From Candidatus Saccharimonadota bacterium (GTDB lineage: Bacteria > Patescibacteriota > Saccharimonadia > Saccharimonadales > SZUA-47), in contig QIKK01000083.1 of NCBI GenBank assembly GCA_003231925.1, positions 1 through 37,474 on the forward strand: 37,474 nucleotides of DNA, read 5' to 3'. The notes beneath the pieces are model-generated. The model was not told the origin of the DNA. It ran no database searches and saw nothing but the letters and a program-made list of their open reading frames with translations. A program made the translations under genes and the position numbers. Within the stretch, counting starts at the first letter, position 1. Every line of letters begins with the position of its first letter. Shown piece after piece: positions 18,270-27,692 of the stretch.

Positions 18270-20282
18270 ATGGCAAAAGTCTGCATACCAAAAGAGAATA
18301 TAGATAGTTTCAAAAGAGCTATAAAAAAGCAGGATATTAAAATGTCTGACTTGTTTAATATGTCTACTGAACAGCTCACTAAAAAACTTAAACCATACGC
18401 AGGAAAGAATACGAAAGATGTGGTGTTACTTTTTGAACAGAAACGTATTCTAAAAAATAAACTACTTGGAATGAAAAATGCTGTTAGTAAGATTGGTGAG
18501 ATAGGAAGATATGACCCAACAAAAAAAGCAGAAATTAAGAAAGCACTTGATGAGTTTAAAGCACAACAACGAGAAAGGGTGTTGAGTCCAAAAGAAACTG
18601 AAAACTTTTATAATGCATTAGCAGATAAAATGCTCGGTATCCATGTTACCAAAGCAGAGGCTAAAAACTTTTCAATACTAGAAAACAAAGCGAATAAATT
18701 AGAAAGCAAAATAGATATAAACAAGACACCAGAAGACGCACCGATATGGAGAGAGTTTGCTTCAGCAAAACATCTAGCAGTGAAGTATCACACACAACTG
18801 ATGGAGGGCAATGGTGACATACGCACACTATTAAAGTCTTTTGGTAGTGACACCAAACAAAACTTCAAAGAAGATAAACTAATTGCAACTGGTAAGTTAA
18901 TGGTACAGGTACTTAACTTCATATCTGATTTATCAATTACAATGAAAGCAACATGGGATAACTCGTTTATGGGTAGACAGGGTATGAATGTGCTTAAAAC
19001 GCATCCGTCTAAGTGGTACCCTTCGGCAATGAAGAGTAATAAAGACTTTATTGACACACTAAGAGGTCAAGATGCAGAAGCGGGGCTTATGATTGACGTA
19101 TATTCAAGAAGAGGTTTTCTATCTGGCGAATACCAGACTGCTAAAATTATACCAAAGTCCGAGGAACCTATAGCAACACGAATACCTGAGCGACTACCTC
19201 TTATTGGTAATCTGTTTAAAGGTGCTGACATTGCCTTTATTGGTAACGCTATTCGTGTACGCATGGACTTATTTGATATGTTCAAAAAGAAAGCACTAGA
19301 GAATGGTGTAAAATGGGACAAGGCTCAGATTGAGGATATCGGCACTCTTATAAACTCACTAACTGCCCGTGGTGGACTAGAGGGTAATGTTGGGGGAGTT
19401 TTGAAAGTTGTTTTGTGGGCTCCGAAAATGCTCAAGGCAAGTTGGGATGTACGAACAGCACACACTCTCGGTATAGGGCTTAAAACGAAGTTTGCACGAG
19501 ATGAGGCATATATGAATATGGCGAAAATCATAGGAACAGATGCCATGATAATGACACTAGCAAACGCTATTAAGCCCGGAAGTGCAGAAACAGACCCCCG
19601 TAGTACTAAGTTTGGAACTATCCAAGTGGGCAATACCGCGTTTGACTATACAGGCGGTGCTAAGTCACTTGCTGTTATCGCAGCTCAAATGGTTACTGGA
19701 GAACGAAAAACCACAGGAAATAAAACAATTACTGAACTCGGCTCTGGGTTTGGACAACAGACTCGCTTTGACGCAATTATAAACTTCCTAACAGGTAAAA
19801 CTAAGCCATTTCTTAATGTGTTGATACAAGTATTAAGGGGCAGAACCTACGAAAACAAAAAACCAACAGCTGGGAGTGTCGCAAGAGGGTTGTTTGTCCC
19901 TATTGTTACTGACAATGCTATTCAATTGAAGGATGATAGCTCTGTATCTGCTGTGGCTGGTGTAATGCTTGACTTCTTGGGCATAAACGCAAGTACCTAT
20001 CCACGCTCAAGTACAAACTTTGACCTTAACCCGAGTGATGAAATGAAAGAGTTTAAAGTGAAAGTTGGTGAAGAAGATTTTAAAAAAGCAAACGAAGAAT
20101 ACAATAAACAGGTATCGCTAATGCTTGGCAAGTTAGACATCAACTCAAAATATCAAGTATTGTCAAATGATGATAAGAAACGCGTTATTAAAAGTAAAAA
20201 GGCAAAGATTAAAGCAGATATCTTTCGTTCTTACGGATTTAGGAAGAAACGTGAAAGACCAGACCGAACCCCTCGTATATAA
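18270..20282 (+). CDS. hypothetical large virion protein
   Basis: 670-aa ORF. Confidence 0.6.
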   Translation: MAKVCIPKENIDSFKRAIKKQDIKMSDLFNMSTEQLTKKLKPYAGKNTKDVVLLFEQKRILKNKLLGMKNAVSKIGEIGRYDPTKKAEIKKALDEFKAQQRERVLSPKETENFYNALADKMLGIHVTKAEAKNFSILENKANKLESKIDINKTPEDAPIWREFASAKHLAVKYHTQLMEGNGDIRTLLKSFGSDTKQNFKEDKLIATGKLMVQVLNFISDLSITMKATWDNSFMGRQGMNVLKTHPSKWYPSAMKSNKDFIDTLRGQDAEAGLMIDVYSRRGFLSGEYQTAKIIPKSEEPIATRIPERLPLIGNLFKGADIAFIGNAIRVRMDLFDMFKKKALENGVKWDKAQIEDIGTLINSLTARGGLEGNVGGVLKVVLWAPKMLKASWDVRTAHTLGIGLKTKFARDEAYMNMAKIIGTDAMIMTLANAIKPGSAETDPRSTKFGTIQVGNTAFDYTGGAKSLAVIAAQMVTGERKTTGNKTITELGSGFGQQTRFDAIINFLTGKTKPFLNVLIQVLRGRTYENKKPTAGSVARGLFVPIVTDNAIQLKDDSSVSAVAGVMLDFLGINASTYPRSSTNFDLNPSDEMKEFKVKVGEEDFKKANEEYNKQVSLMLGKLDINSKYQVLSNDDKKRVIKSKKAKIKADIFRSYGFRKKRERPDRTPRI

Positions 20283-20303
20283 TTTAATGTTATAATTATC
20301 AAA

Positions 20304-21209
20304 ATGAAACCAGATAAAGCACAAAACTTCATAAAGGACAAGGACACGGCTATGTTCAAAGAAATGGCTGAAACTAATGATAATCTTGAGGAAATCAAGA
20401 AAGCTGTTAAGGACAAGGTGGTGGTGGAGATAGGTGAGGTAACTGGCTTTGGAGACTTCGGTAAGGCAATAGACTCATTTAAGAAGTCACTTGGTGCTAT
20501 CCAAAAGATAGAGGGGAAAGACGGACATACACCTTCAAATAGAGAGCTTGTAAATTTAATCACACCACTAATTCCCAAGCCAGTAAAGGGAGAAGACGGA
20601 CAGGACGCTGTGGTGGACTATGAGCGTGTAATCCGCGAAGTATTAAGTGAGATAGAGCTACCAGAAGTAAACAAGCAGGAAATTATTGATGAGGTAGTGA
20701 CACAACTCCCTACATCAGGCGATGCTATAAGGGACTCACTAGAACTTCTACAAAAAGGGGAACGCTTGTATGTAGACGCTATAGAAAGCAAAAAAGGCAG
20801 GGGACTAGACGAGATTATCCAAGACCTCTACAAGAGAATAGCTAATAAAGTACAACACATTGGAGGTTCTATTCGGCTGTGGGTTTCAGAGGAAGACGGC
20901 AACCCAGATATACAAACAAGTAAAATACGCTTCCCTAATGGCTCAGTGACACAGAATGCAGATGACACTGTATCTGTTACAATAACAGCAGAGGTATATA
21001 CTTCTGATTTGTCAAGCCAAGTGGACAATGTATTGAAAGTGTTTACAGTGCCAGCACACACTAGAGTTTTATCAGTAACATGTACCGACTTCCCGATTAT
21101 TTATCGACCCGTTGTGGACTTCACAACCAGTGGCACGACACTGACACTAACTGCAGAAGTTCAACCACCAAGTTTAAGTGCAACATTATTATTTACATAT
21201 ATCGTATGA
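20304..21209 (+). CDS. hypothetical tail/fibre-associated protein
   Basis: 301 aa with an ATGA overlap to the following fibre gene. Confidence 0.55.
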   Translation: MKPDKAQNFIKDKDTAMFKEMAETNDNLEEIKKAVKDKVVVEIGEVTGFGDFGKAIDSFKKSLGAIQKIEGKDGHTPSNRELVNLITPLIPKPVKGEDGQDAVVDYERVIREVLSEIELPEVNKQEIIDEVVTQLPTSGDAIRDSLELLQKGERLYVDAIESKKGRGLDEIIQDLYKRIANKVQHIGGSIRLWVSEEDGNPDIQTSKIRFPNGSVTQNADDTVSVTITAEVYTSDLSSQVDNVLKVFTVPAHTRVLSVTCTDFPIIYRPVVDFTTSGTTLTLTAEVQPPSLSATLLFTYIV

Positions 21210-23779
21210 AAATCATCATAACAATCGCAATCTTTTTAACAGTATTTGCTGTAGCTTACGCTGCACCATCATCGCAGTCGTTTAGAACATTGCTACCAAC
21301 AACAGACTCTACTTATGATTTAGGTAGTGCTGTAAAACGCTGGGCAAATGTATATACAGATAACATAGACGCTACTACAATGCTCATTTCAGGAAGCTCT
21401 ACAGGTGACCTAGACGGAGGTGGATTTAGTCTTATTAACTGGAAGAACTTGACACTTTCAGGAACCCTCGGCGTAACAGGAGCCTCCACTCTCGCAACCA
21501 CCACAATCTCTGGAAACCTCGCGGTAAACACAAACCAACTTTATGTTGATACGAGTACGGGGAGGGTTGGGATTGGGACGAGTACGCCAAGTAAGAAACT
21601 TAATATTTTATCTACTGGAAGTGACCAATTGAGGTTGTCTTATAGTGCTTCTAAGTACACAGATTTTTGGGTAAGCTCTGCAGGTAATATCTATGTCCAA
21701 CCATCAGGAGGGACATTATATTCGTATGGTAACGTGGATATAAGTGGTGGTATTCAATCAAACTACGGTGCAACTATCAATAATCAACAAAATAATTCAG
21801 ACACAAGGATTAGTGGGGTATCTGATGTAAATCTCTTTTATGCAGACTCATCAACAGACAGAATCGGCATCGGCACCACGGCACCTTCACAAAAGCTAGA
21901 CGTGGCGGGGAATATCAATATCTCGGCAGGCTCTTCACTTAAGATAGCAGGAACTGATGTTCTTACCGCCTCCACCACCAATAGCTCGGTAACACTCGGG
22001 CAAAATGCTGGGGCAAACCTTGGTGCGACTGCGTTGTATAACACGGCGATTGGTATAAATGCGTTGAAAGTTGCGACGAGTAGTAATAATAATACTGCGG
22101 TTGGATATCAAGCTCTTAAATCTAATACAACAGGAGCTAATAATACCGTCCAAGGAACGAATGCTCTATACTTTAACACCACAGGTGGCAGTAACTCAAC
22201 ACAAGGTGTAAATTCTCTTTTTTACAACACCACAGGTTCTAACAACTCTGTACAGGGTTTTCAAACACTCTACTCCAACACCACAGGTTCTAACAACTCT
22301 GTACAGGGATACGGTGCATTAAATGCAAACACTACAGGCTCTAACCTCACCGCACAAGGATACCAAGCAGGGCGCTACATCACAGGTGGAGCAATTGCAA
22401 ACGCCACCTCTTCAACTTCACTCTACCTAGGAGCTCTAACCAAAGCACTTGCCTCAGGGGACACGAACGAAATAGTGATTGGCTATGGAGCCGTAGGAGT
22501 GGGGAGTAACTCGGTGGTATTGGGGAATAGTAGTGTTGCCACGACGGTGTTGAGGGGGAATGTGGGGATTGGAAACACTTCACCAAGCTACAAACTAGAT
22601 ATCTCAGGCACACTAAACGCAACAGGAGCCGTAACTCTTGGTTCAACACTCCTTGTATCTGGACAAGTAGATTTGGGTCTTGATGTTGGTGGGGGTAAGT
22701 TTAATTCTTATAAAACAACAACTGGAACATCAGGGACTGAATACAACACTGTCATCCGTCAAGACTCTCTTCCTACATCCCCTTCAACACTTACTAATGT
22801 CGCACTTTATACACAGGCACAGCACCATGGTAATGCTACTGTTGGTATTTCAGGTCTTACTAGCTTAAAAGCAGTTACTACAAACAGTGATACGACTACT
22901 GTTATTAACAGCAAGGGTATAGATGTGAGTGTTACTCAAAACTTAGGCACCCTAACCAATACTTATGGTGTGTATGTTGGTGATATTACTACAGGTACGC
23001 AAACAAATACGCCATTCTCTTTTTACGCCTCTGACGCGAATACATATAACTATTTTGCGGGGAATGTAGGGATAGGTACGACAAATCCGAATACATATGG
23101 AGAAGGTGCAACTACATTAGCTGTATATGGAGAAGGTTCAAATTTATATGTTGGAGATAATACAGACGGGGTTCGCCTTGAACAATCTGGAGCAACTTCT
23201 GCATTACGATTTGGAAATTATACAACTGGAGGAGCCTCTGCATTCTTGCAATATAATAGAGCAACAGGAAAACTTCAATATTCTGAAGGGATAGAAGGTT
23301 CTAGGGATGATTTTTTCACTATAGGTAATACAGGCAACGTCGGGATTGGGACCACGGCTCCAGTAGGAAAACTTGATGTTTATGGTCAGACAACAGACGC
23401 TGTAAGTCTTGTGTCTAAAACAAATGCAACAGATGCTGGTCTAAAACTTGCATTCTTCGGTGCAAATAGGTCAACAGCAGATGAAGAGATGGCAGCAATA
23501 AGACCTTTGTTGGTAAGTAATAATGGTGGGGCTGGTAATGTACAACTAGGACAGCTTGCATTTGATACCTCTGGAGTTGAAAGAATGAGGATAGACAAAG
23601 ACGGAAATGTAGGTATTGGGACGACGACGCCAGGTGCACTACTTACCGTTGACAACGGTGACATATATGTCGCTTCTCCAACTAAAGGAATAATACTAAC
23701 TTCACCAGATGGTACATGCGCGCGAGGGACTATAGATAATTCTGATGTCTTAACATTTGCTAGTGTAACCTGCCCATAA
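21206..23779 (+). CDS. tail fibre-like protein 2 with Sec-type N-terminal signal
   Basis: ATG 21206 gives MKIIITIAIFLTVFAVAYA|AP. There are six GIGTxxPxxKL motifs, NTxxGxxAL repeats and a C-terminal Cys pair (TCARG...VTCP). Track start 21080 lies inside the previous gene. Confidence 0.7.
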   Translation: MKIIITIAIFLTVFAVAYAAPSSQSFRTLLPTTDSTYDLGSAVKRWANVYTDNIDATTMLISGSSTGDLDGGGFSLINWKNLTLSGTLGVTGASTLATTTISGNLAVNTNQLYVDTSTGRVGIGTSTPSKKLNILSTGSDQLRLSYSASKYTDFWVSSAGNIYVQPSGGTLYSYGNVDISGGIQSNYGATINNQQNNSDTRISGVSDVNLFYADSSTDRIGIGTTAPSQKLDVAGNINISAGSSLKIAGTDVLTASTTNSSVTLGQNAGANLGATALYNTAIGINALKVATSSNNNTAVGYQALKSNTTGANNTVQGTNALYFNTTGGSNSTQGVNSLFYNTTGSNNSVQGFQTLYSNTTGSNNSVQGYGALNANTTGSNLTAQGYQAGRYITGGAIANATSSTSLYLGALTKALASGDTNEIVIGYGAVGVGSNSVVLGNSSVATTVLRGNVGIGNTSPSYKLDISGTLNATGAVTLGSTLLVSGQVDLGLDVGGGKFNSYKTTTGTSGTEYNTVIRQDSLPTSPSTLTNVALYTQAQHHGNATVGISGLTSLKAVTTNSDTTTVINSKGIDVSVTQNLGTLTNTYGVYVGDITTGTQTNTPFSFYASDANTYNYFAGNVGIGTTNPNTYGEGATTLAVYGEGSNLYVGDNTDGVRLEQSGATSALRFGNYTTGGASAFLQYNRATGKLQYSEGIEGSRDDFFTIGNTGNVGIGTTAPVGKLDVYGQTTDAVSLVSKTNATDAGLKLAFFGANRSTADEEMAAIRPLLVSNNGGAGNVQLGQLAFDTSGVERMRIDKDGNVGIGTTTPGALLTVDNGDIYVASPTKGIILTSPDGTCARGTIDNSDVLTFASVTCP

Positions 23780-23780
23780 T

Positions 23781-24131
23781 ATGAGAAAGAAACTAGCAAT
23801 ACTGGCAACAACATTAGTTATATCAGCAGGAGCTGTGGTAGCTCCTGTGTTGCCACCACAGGGTATGCCGATAAATGAGTATCAAGCGCTTGTGGAGATG
23901 TATGACTATGAGATTAAGGAAATGAACGCTCGTGGTGATAATGTGTTTGTAAACGTCACAAGTAGAAATGAGTTATTGTCTAAACTGAATACATACATAC
24001 GCAATAATCCGACAAAGAAAGATAAGGTACTTGGAGTTTCTAAGGAAACGTATACAGCTATGCGTGAATATTTAATCATACAATCTGAAACAAAAGGAAA
24101 ACGCAGGTCGTTAATTCAAATAATAAGATGA
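23781..24131 (+). CDS. signal-anchor protein, first gene of the lysis cassette (spanin-like?)
   Basis: MRKKLAILATTLVISAGAVVAPVL N-terminus. ATGA-coupled to the next gene. Confidence 0.5.
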   Translation: MRKKLAILATTLVISAGAVVAPVLPPQGMPINEYQALVEMYDYEIKEMNARGDNVFVNVTSRNELLSKLNTYIRNNPTKKDKVLGVSKETYTAMREYLIIQSETKGKRRSLIQIIR

Positions 24132-24328
24132 AAGAGACTCCATATACAAAAAGAGAACAAGACCAATTCCGTGACAGTATTCACGTTAAGTTAGATGCTA
24201 TAATTATTCAAACTACTGAAACCAACGGCAAGGTTAGAAAAATCACACTTGGTCTTGCCATTGCTTTTGGACTTATTGTCGGTCTTGGAGTAACAGATTT
24301 GTCATCGTTAATAAAAATATTTATATGA
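24128..24328 (+). CDS. small single-TM protein (holin candidate)
   Basis: 66 aa with a C-terminal TM segment LGLAIAFGLIVGLGV, directly upstream of the amidase. Confidence 0.45.
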   Translation: MKETPYTKREQDQFRDSIHVKLDAIIIQTTETNGKVRKITLGLAIAFGLIVGLGVTDLSSLIKIFI

Positions 24329-24903
24329 TAATACAATCTCCATCACCAAACTTCTCAAGTAGTAAATACAAAAAGGTAGGAGTGCAACTGCACGCTACTA
24401 TAGGACTCATGCCAGGAACACTTAATTGGTTGCGCAACCCACGTTCTTTCGCATCAGCGCACTACCTTGTGACAAAAGACGGTACGATACACCAACTTGT
24501 TCAGTTAAAGGACAGAGCGTGGACTTCTGGACGAATTGGGGGTGTTTCAGAGCGTGCTAAACGTATAATGCTACGTACCTTGTGGGGTTCATATGTTAAA
24601 CCAGGGCATTATCTTATTCAAATAGAAGTTGAGTGTCTTAAAGGGGAAACATATACAGAAGAACAGTATCAGAGTATAGTTGAATTATGTAATCAGTTTG
24701 ATTTTGATGTTACTGAAAACAATTTAATCACTCACAGAGATACATACAGTATTAAACCTAATCTTGAAAAAGAACGCACAGAGATACTTAAAAGGCTAGG
24801 AACTATAAACAAATGTGACTCTCAACCTTTAGTATTAAACAACTGGGGACAATTAAGTATAAAGGTTGTAGAGGGTAGAATAATTTTAAGTAAAAAAATA
24901 TGA
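24325..24903 (+). CDS. endolysin, N-acetylmuramoyl-L-alanine amidase (Amidase_2/PGRP-like)
   Basis: SAHYLVTKDGTIHQLV..DRAWTSG and ITHRD motifs. Confidence 0.75.
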   Translation: MIIQSPSPNFSSSKYKKVGVQLHATIGLMPGTLNWLRNPRSFASAHYLVTKDGTIHQLVQLKDRAWTSGRIGGVSERAKRIMLRTLWGSYVKPGHYLIQIEVECLKGETYTEEQYQSIVELCNQFDFDVTENNLITHRDTYSIKPNLEKERTEILKRLGTINKCDSQPLVLNNWGQLSIKVVEGRIILSKKI

Positions 24904-25004
24904 AATACATGATTTATGCTTGTTTTCTTGCTGTAGGTTTTGTGATAGGGTTAACATATATGAACATGGCGTTAACAGAAGTAGTGTGTAATATTGGATT
25001 ATGA
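24900..25004 (+). CDS. possible 34-aa membrane peptide
   Basis: MKYMIYACFLAVGFVIGLTYMN..., with ATGA overlaps on both sides. Confidence 0.35.
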   Translation: MKYMIYACFLAVGFVIGLTYMNMALTEVVCNIGL

Positions 25005-25177
25005 AAACACTTTTACAATCAAAGACATTTTGGAAAGCTGTAATTTTAGCTTTTACAGGTATTCTAACAGTCGCTTTAACAGAACTTAACTTAGTTGGTT
25101 ACATCGCAATTGTTTCAGCAATTGCAGACGTAGCACTACGTTTAGTTACAACCAAGGGGATAGATAGTATTGCGTAG
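25001..25177 (+). CDS. two-TM holin-like protein
   Basis: MKTLLQSKTFWKAVILAFTGILTVAL...IAIVSAIADVAL, 58 aa. It is the last gene before the terminator. Confidence 0.5.
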   Translation: MKTLLQSKTFWKAVILAFTGILTVALTELNLVGYIAIVSAIADVALRLVTTKGIDSIA

Positions 25178-25180
25178 TAT

Positions 25181-25211
25181 AAAAAAGACCGTCTTAATAA
25201 GACGGTCTTTT
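25181..25211. terminator. bidirectional rho-independent terminator at the convergence of the two arms
   Basis: aaaaaa-GACCGTCT-taata-AGACGGTC-tttt. Confidence 0.85.
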
Positions 25212-25219
25212 GATAAGGA

Positions 25220-25393
25220 TCACCTCCCTTCAGGCAAAACACAAACATTGTATAGGTCCGGATTTTGCCAATCCTCCCAACATACCCATGAACATAGGTG
25301 GTTCCCCTTGCTGTCTTCATAGTCTATGCGACATGCACAGTCATAGTGTTGACCACACTGTGCGCACTGAACCACGCGGACATAACTATCCAT
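25220..25393 (-). CDS. small Cys-rich zinc-finger-like protein (CxxC...CxxxC)
   Basis: A strong Shine-Dalgarno sequence (aagaggtgg) lies 5 nt upstream of ATG 25393. The protein has CAQC and CSWVC motifs and the stop abuts the terminator. Confidence 0.55.
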   Translation of the reverse strand: MDSYVRVVQCAQCGQHYDCACRIDYEDSKGNHLCSWVCWEDWQNPDLYNVCVLPEGR

Positions 25394-25417
25394 TTTAACC
25401 ACCTCTTTTCCTATAAT

Positions 25418-25441
25418 AACACCACCAAGAATGGTGGTGTT
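25418..25441 (-). terminator. 10-bp perfect hairpin between two leftward genes (weak terminator or processing site)
   Basis: aacaccacca-agaa-tggtggtgtt. Confidence 0.35.
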
Positions 25442-25533
25442 ATCGAGTTAAGATGTTGTGTGCTTGTTTATATACTCCGCAACCAGTCCAATTGTATTAG
25501 GTGTTACGGTTGTTTATATTGTAGCATATCTAT

Positions 25534-25776
25534 CTATAACATCCCAACATTGGCTTCTAAAATCTCCCTACTAACAATCATCTTCTTGGGGATTACCATA
25601 TATGCACCTGCGTTTTCATCCTCTATAGCCATTGTAAGAGTGACAAACTCCTTTGTTTTTTTGACTAAGTAGCCCACCGTTTCTATCTCTACAAGAGTTT
25701 CCTCCTTTACTTTATCAAGGGACAACCACCCGTCATCGCCACAAGCGTCCTTCCATTTGATTTTTGTTATTTTCAT
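25534..25776 (-). CDS. hypothetical protein
   Basis: 80-aa ORF. Confidence 0.55.
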   Translation of the reverse strand: MKITKIKWKDACGDDGWLSLDKVKEETLVEIETVGYLVKKTKEFVTLTMAIEDENAGAYMVIPKKMIVSREILEANVGML

Positions 25777-25778
25777 AA

Positions 25779-26102
25779 TTAAATTACTGCTTTGAAGTCA
25801 GTACATATCTTTCCATAATTCTCAGCAATCAGGCGCTCTACTTTACATCCTCTAAATTCAGTGTAGTCATTTACGAAGAATACAATGTCCGCTCCTGCCA
25901 TTATTTTTATTGACTCTCCTAGATACCACAATCTTATGTCGTCACCCTTTAGTGCAATTTCTTTGTCTGCACCATCTATAATACTATCAAGCAATTCCGC
26001 TTCTGGTAGTTTGACCTTAATTTGCTCAAACACTTTCTGCATTTCAGCACGCACTTGTTCTGTACTTTTTGACTTCATTCCCATTGATATAAATACTTTC
26101 AT
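25779..26102 (-). CDS. DUF4406 / nucleoside 2-deoxyribosyltransferase-like protein (putative)
   Basis: MKVFISMGM...LWYLGESIKIMAGADIVFFVNDYTEFRGCKVE pattern. ATG 26102 lies 10 nt after the upstream stop. Track start 26141 is an alternative. Confidence 0.5.
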   Translation of the reverse strand: MKVFISMGMKSKSTEQVRAEMQKVFEQIKVKLPEAELLDSIIDGADKEIALKGDDIRLWYLGESIKIMAGADIVFFVNDYTEFRGCKVERLIAENYGKICTDFKAVI

Positions 26103-26112
26103 AATATATTTC

Positions 26113-26331
26113 TTATTCTTTAACTTCTTTGATAATTTCATCTAGCTGGTCTTTAATTCTCGTTTCATCAACAACCATATCCCTAATCGCTTCTAGGATG
26201 GTGAGGGTGTTTTGGGTGTATTCAGCTAATGGTGTGTCTTCATGGACTACGAACATTTTACCTGTGTAGTCTTTTGGCCATTGTTCAAACCTCTCCTCTC
26301 CCTCCCTAATCATTTTTGTAATCTTGTGCAT
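26113..26331 (-). CDS. hypothetical protein, paralog A (MHKITK family)
   Basis: Shares MHKITKxIxEGExxFE and QNTLTxLEAIRDMVV with the next gene. Confidence 0.6.
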   Translation of the reverse strand: MHKITKMIREGEERFEQWPKDYTGKMFVVHEDTPLAEYTQNTLTILEAIRDMVVDETRIKDQLDEIIKEVKE

Positions 26332-26335
26332 ATTT

Positions 26336-26605
26336 TTACTTTAATTCTTTGATAATAATTTCTAGCTGGACTTCGATGTCTTCTAGTGCCATATTGGTTG
26401 CCACGGCGAATTTTATATAATCGTCTTCTGCTTCATCATATATTTTTACTTTCTCAGCTACAACCATATCCCTAATCGCTTCTAGTAGGGTGAGGGTGTT
26501 TTGGTGTAAGTATTCTACATTTTTGTTTGGCTGTTCACCTGTTTTGTAAACAGTATCTTCAAACTTATCCTCTCCTTCTTTAATTTGTTTTGTTATCTTG
26601 TGCAT
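26336..26605 (-). CDS. hypothetical protein, paralog B (MHKITK family)
   Basis: See paralog A. A near-identical stretch of about 47 nt occurs at 26171..26217 and 26460..26506. Confidence 0.6.
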   Translation of the reverse strand: MHKITKQIKEGEDKFEDTVYKTGEQPNKNVEYLHQNTLTLLEAIRDMVVAEKVKIYDEAEDDYIKFAVATNMALEDIEVQLEIIIKELK

Positions 26606-26729
26606 ATTTTTTATTAAACTTATCTATCTCACTTTGTACAGCTTCATCAGTCGGGTGAAACAACCTTACTTTTCCTAGTGTTTTCAATTTGAACTCAAGA
26701 AAATCTTTGAGTATTTGTTCCTCGGTCAT
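26580..26729 (-). CDS. possible 49-aa protein
   Basis: MTEEQILKDFLEFKLKTLGKVRLFHPTDEAVQSEIDKFNKKYAQDNKTN. ATGA overlap with the methyltransferase stop. Confidence 0.35.
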   Translation of the reverse strand: MTEEQILKDFLEFKLKTLGKVRLFHPTDEAVQSEIDKFNKKYAQDNKTN

Positions 26730-27277
26730 ATCTTTATTTCAACTGTTACAAACGTATCATTCTTACTCCCTCCATGCGCCACAGCCATTATTTCTACAAT
26801 ACGAAATCCCCGGGCTTTCCCGAAACCATTGGTATTCCAACCAAACGATATAGCATGCCCACCAGATTCAATCTTCTCACACATATTACTTTTTATACTT
26901 TCGTAAAACTTCATTGAAGACTCTTCTTTTGTAAAATCCATTCCGAGTTTTTTATAATGTTGTTTAATTTGTGTGAATGAGTATGGTGGGTCATAAAGTA
27001 TTCCTGCATATTTTCCAGTTAGTTCGGCCGTAAAATCGCGAGCATCCATACAAAACTTTGCTTTTCTATCAGGATTGTGATCATTCGTTATCTCTGCCGG
27101 GCTGTACTTTCCTGCAAATGGGTCAACCCAATTCTTACCATTGCCTACATATTTTTCAAGTAAAACTTGAATTGGGTGTATAGAAAAAGTCCAAGCACAA
27201 GGCATCGCCCAAACACGACTAAACTTTATGTCTATTTCTTCAAACTTTCCTTTATATAATTGTGCCACCTTTTTCAT
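26726..27277 (-). CDS. DNA methyltransferase (DPPY family; motif I before motif IV)
   Basis: VDPFAG (AdoMet motif) followed by ILYDPPYS. Confidence 0.7.
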   Translation of the reverse strand: MKKVAQLYKGKFEEIDIKFSRVWAMPCAWTFSIHPIQVLLEKYVGNGKNWVDPFAGKYSPAEITNDHNPDRKAKFCMDARDFTAELTGKYAGILYDPPYSFTQIKQHYKKLGMDFTKEESSMKFYESIKSNMCEKIESGGHAISFGWNTNGFGKARGFRIVEIMAVAHGGSKNDTFVTVEIKI

Positions 27278-27662
27278 ACCAGTCTATTAACTTACACATA
27301 ACGTCCATATCGTAGTTTGCTACATATTCTTCTCTCTCCCTCGCTCCCTGCTCTTTTGCTTTTACTTCAACTTGACACATTTTCCATTTAATAAGCTCTA
27401 AGGTGTCAGGAGTGGTAAGTTTTCTTTCAGGAAAAGCCACATGCCATTCAGTATCCCAACTTTTGATACGGTCACGAAGTAGTTTTGTAGATGACCAACC
27501 TTCGTCTATTCCCTGCTCTTTCGCTTTTGTGAGGGCTTGTTTGAGCCAATCTATTGTTGTCTTTGTTTTATCGTCTGGAAAGAACATACCATTTTCACAT
27601 TCACCATTTCCAAACTTGTCTGTAAACTCCTCCGCCATTTCTTCTATGCTATTTGTTTTCAT
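27252..27662 (-). CDS. hypothetical protein
   Basis: 136-aa ORF. Confidence 0.55.
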   Translation of the reverse strand: MKTNSIEEMAEEFTDKFGNGECENGMFFPDDKTKTTIDWLKQALTKAKEQGIDEGWSSTKLLRDRIKSWDTEWHVAFPERKLTTPDTLELIKWKMCQVEVKAKEQGAREREEYVANYDMDVMCKLIDWYEKGGTII

Positions 27663-27692
27663 AATTACTCAATTAACTTATAATCTCGTTAC

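Noticed and set aside
22225-22308. Possible diversity-generating retroelement target in the fibre gene
   Set aside because: There is no reverse transcriptase ORF and no separate template repeat. The duplication is an internal in-frame repeat of the NTTGSNNSVQG module.
25099-25672. Overlapping track ORFs 25099..25320(-), 25210..25398(+) and 25298..25672(+)
   Set aside because: They cross the bidirectional terminator or run antisense to better-supported genes. Only 25220..25393(-) has a strong Shine-Dalgarno sequence and a stop placed just before the terminator.
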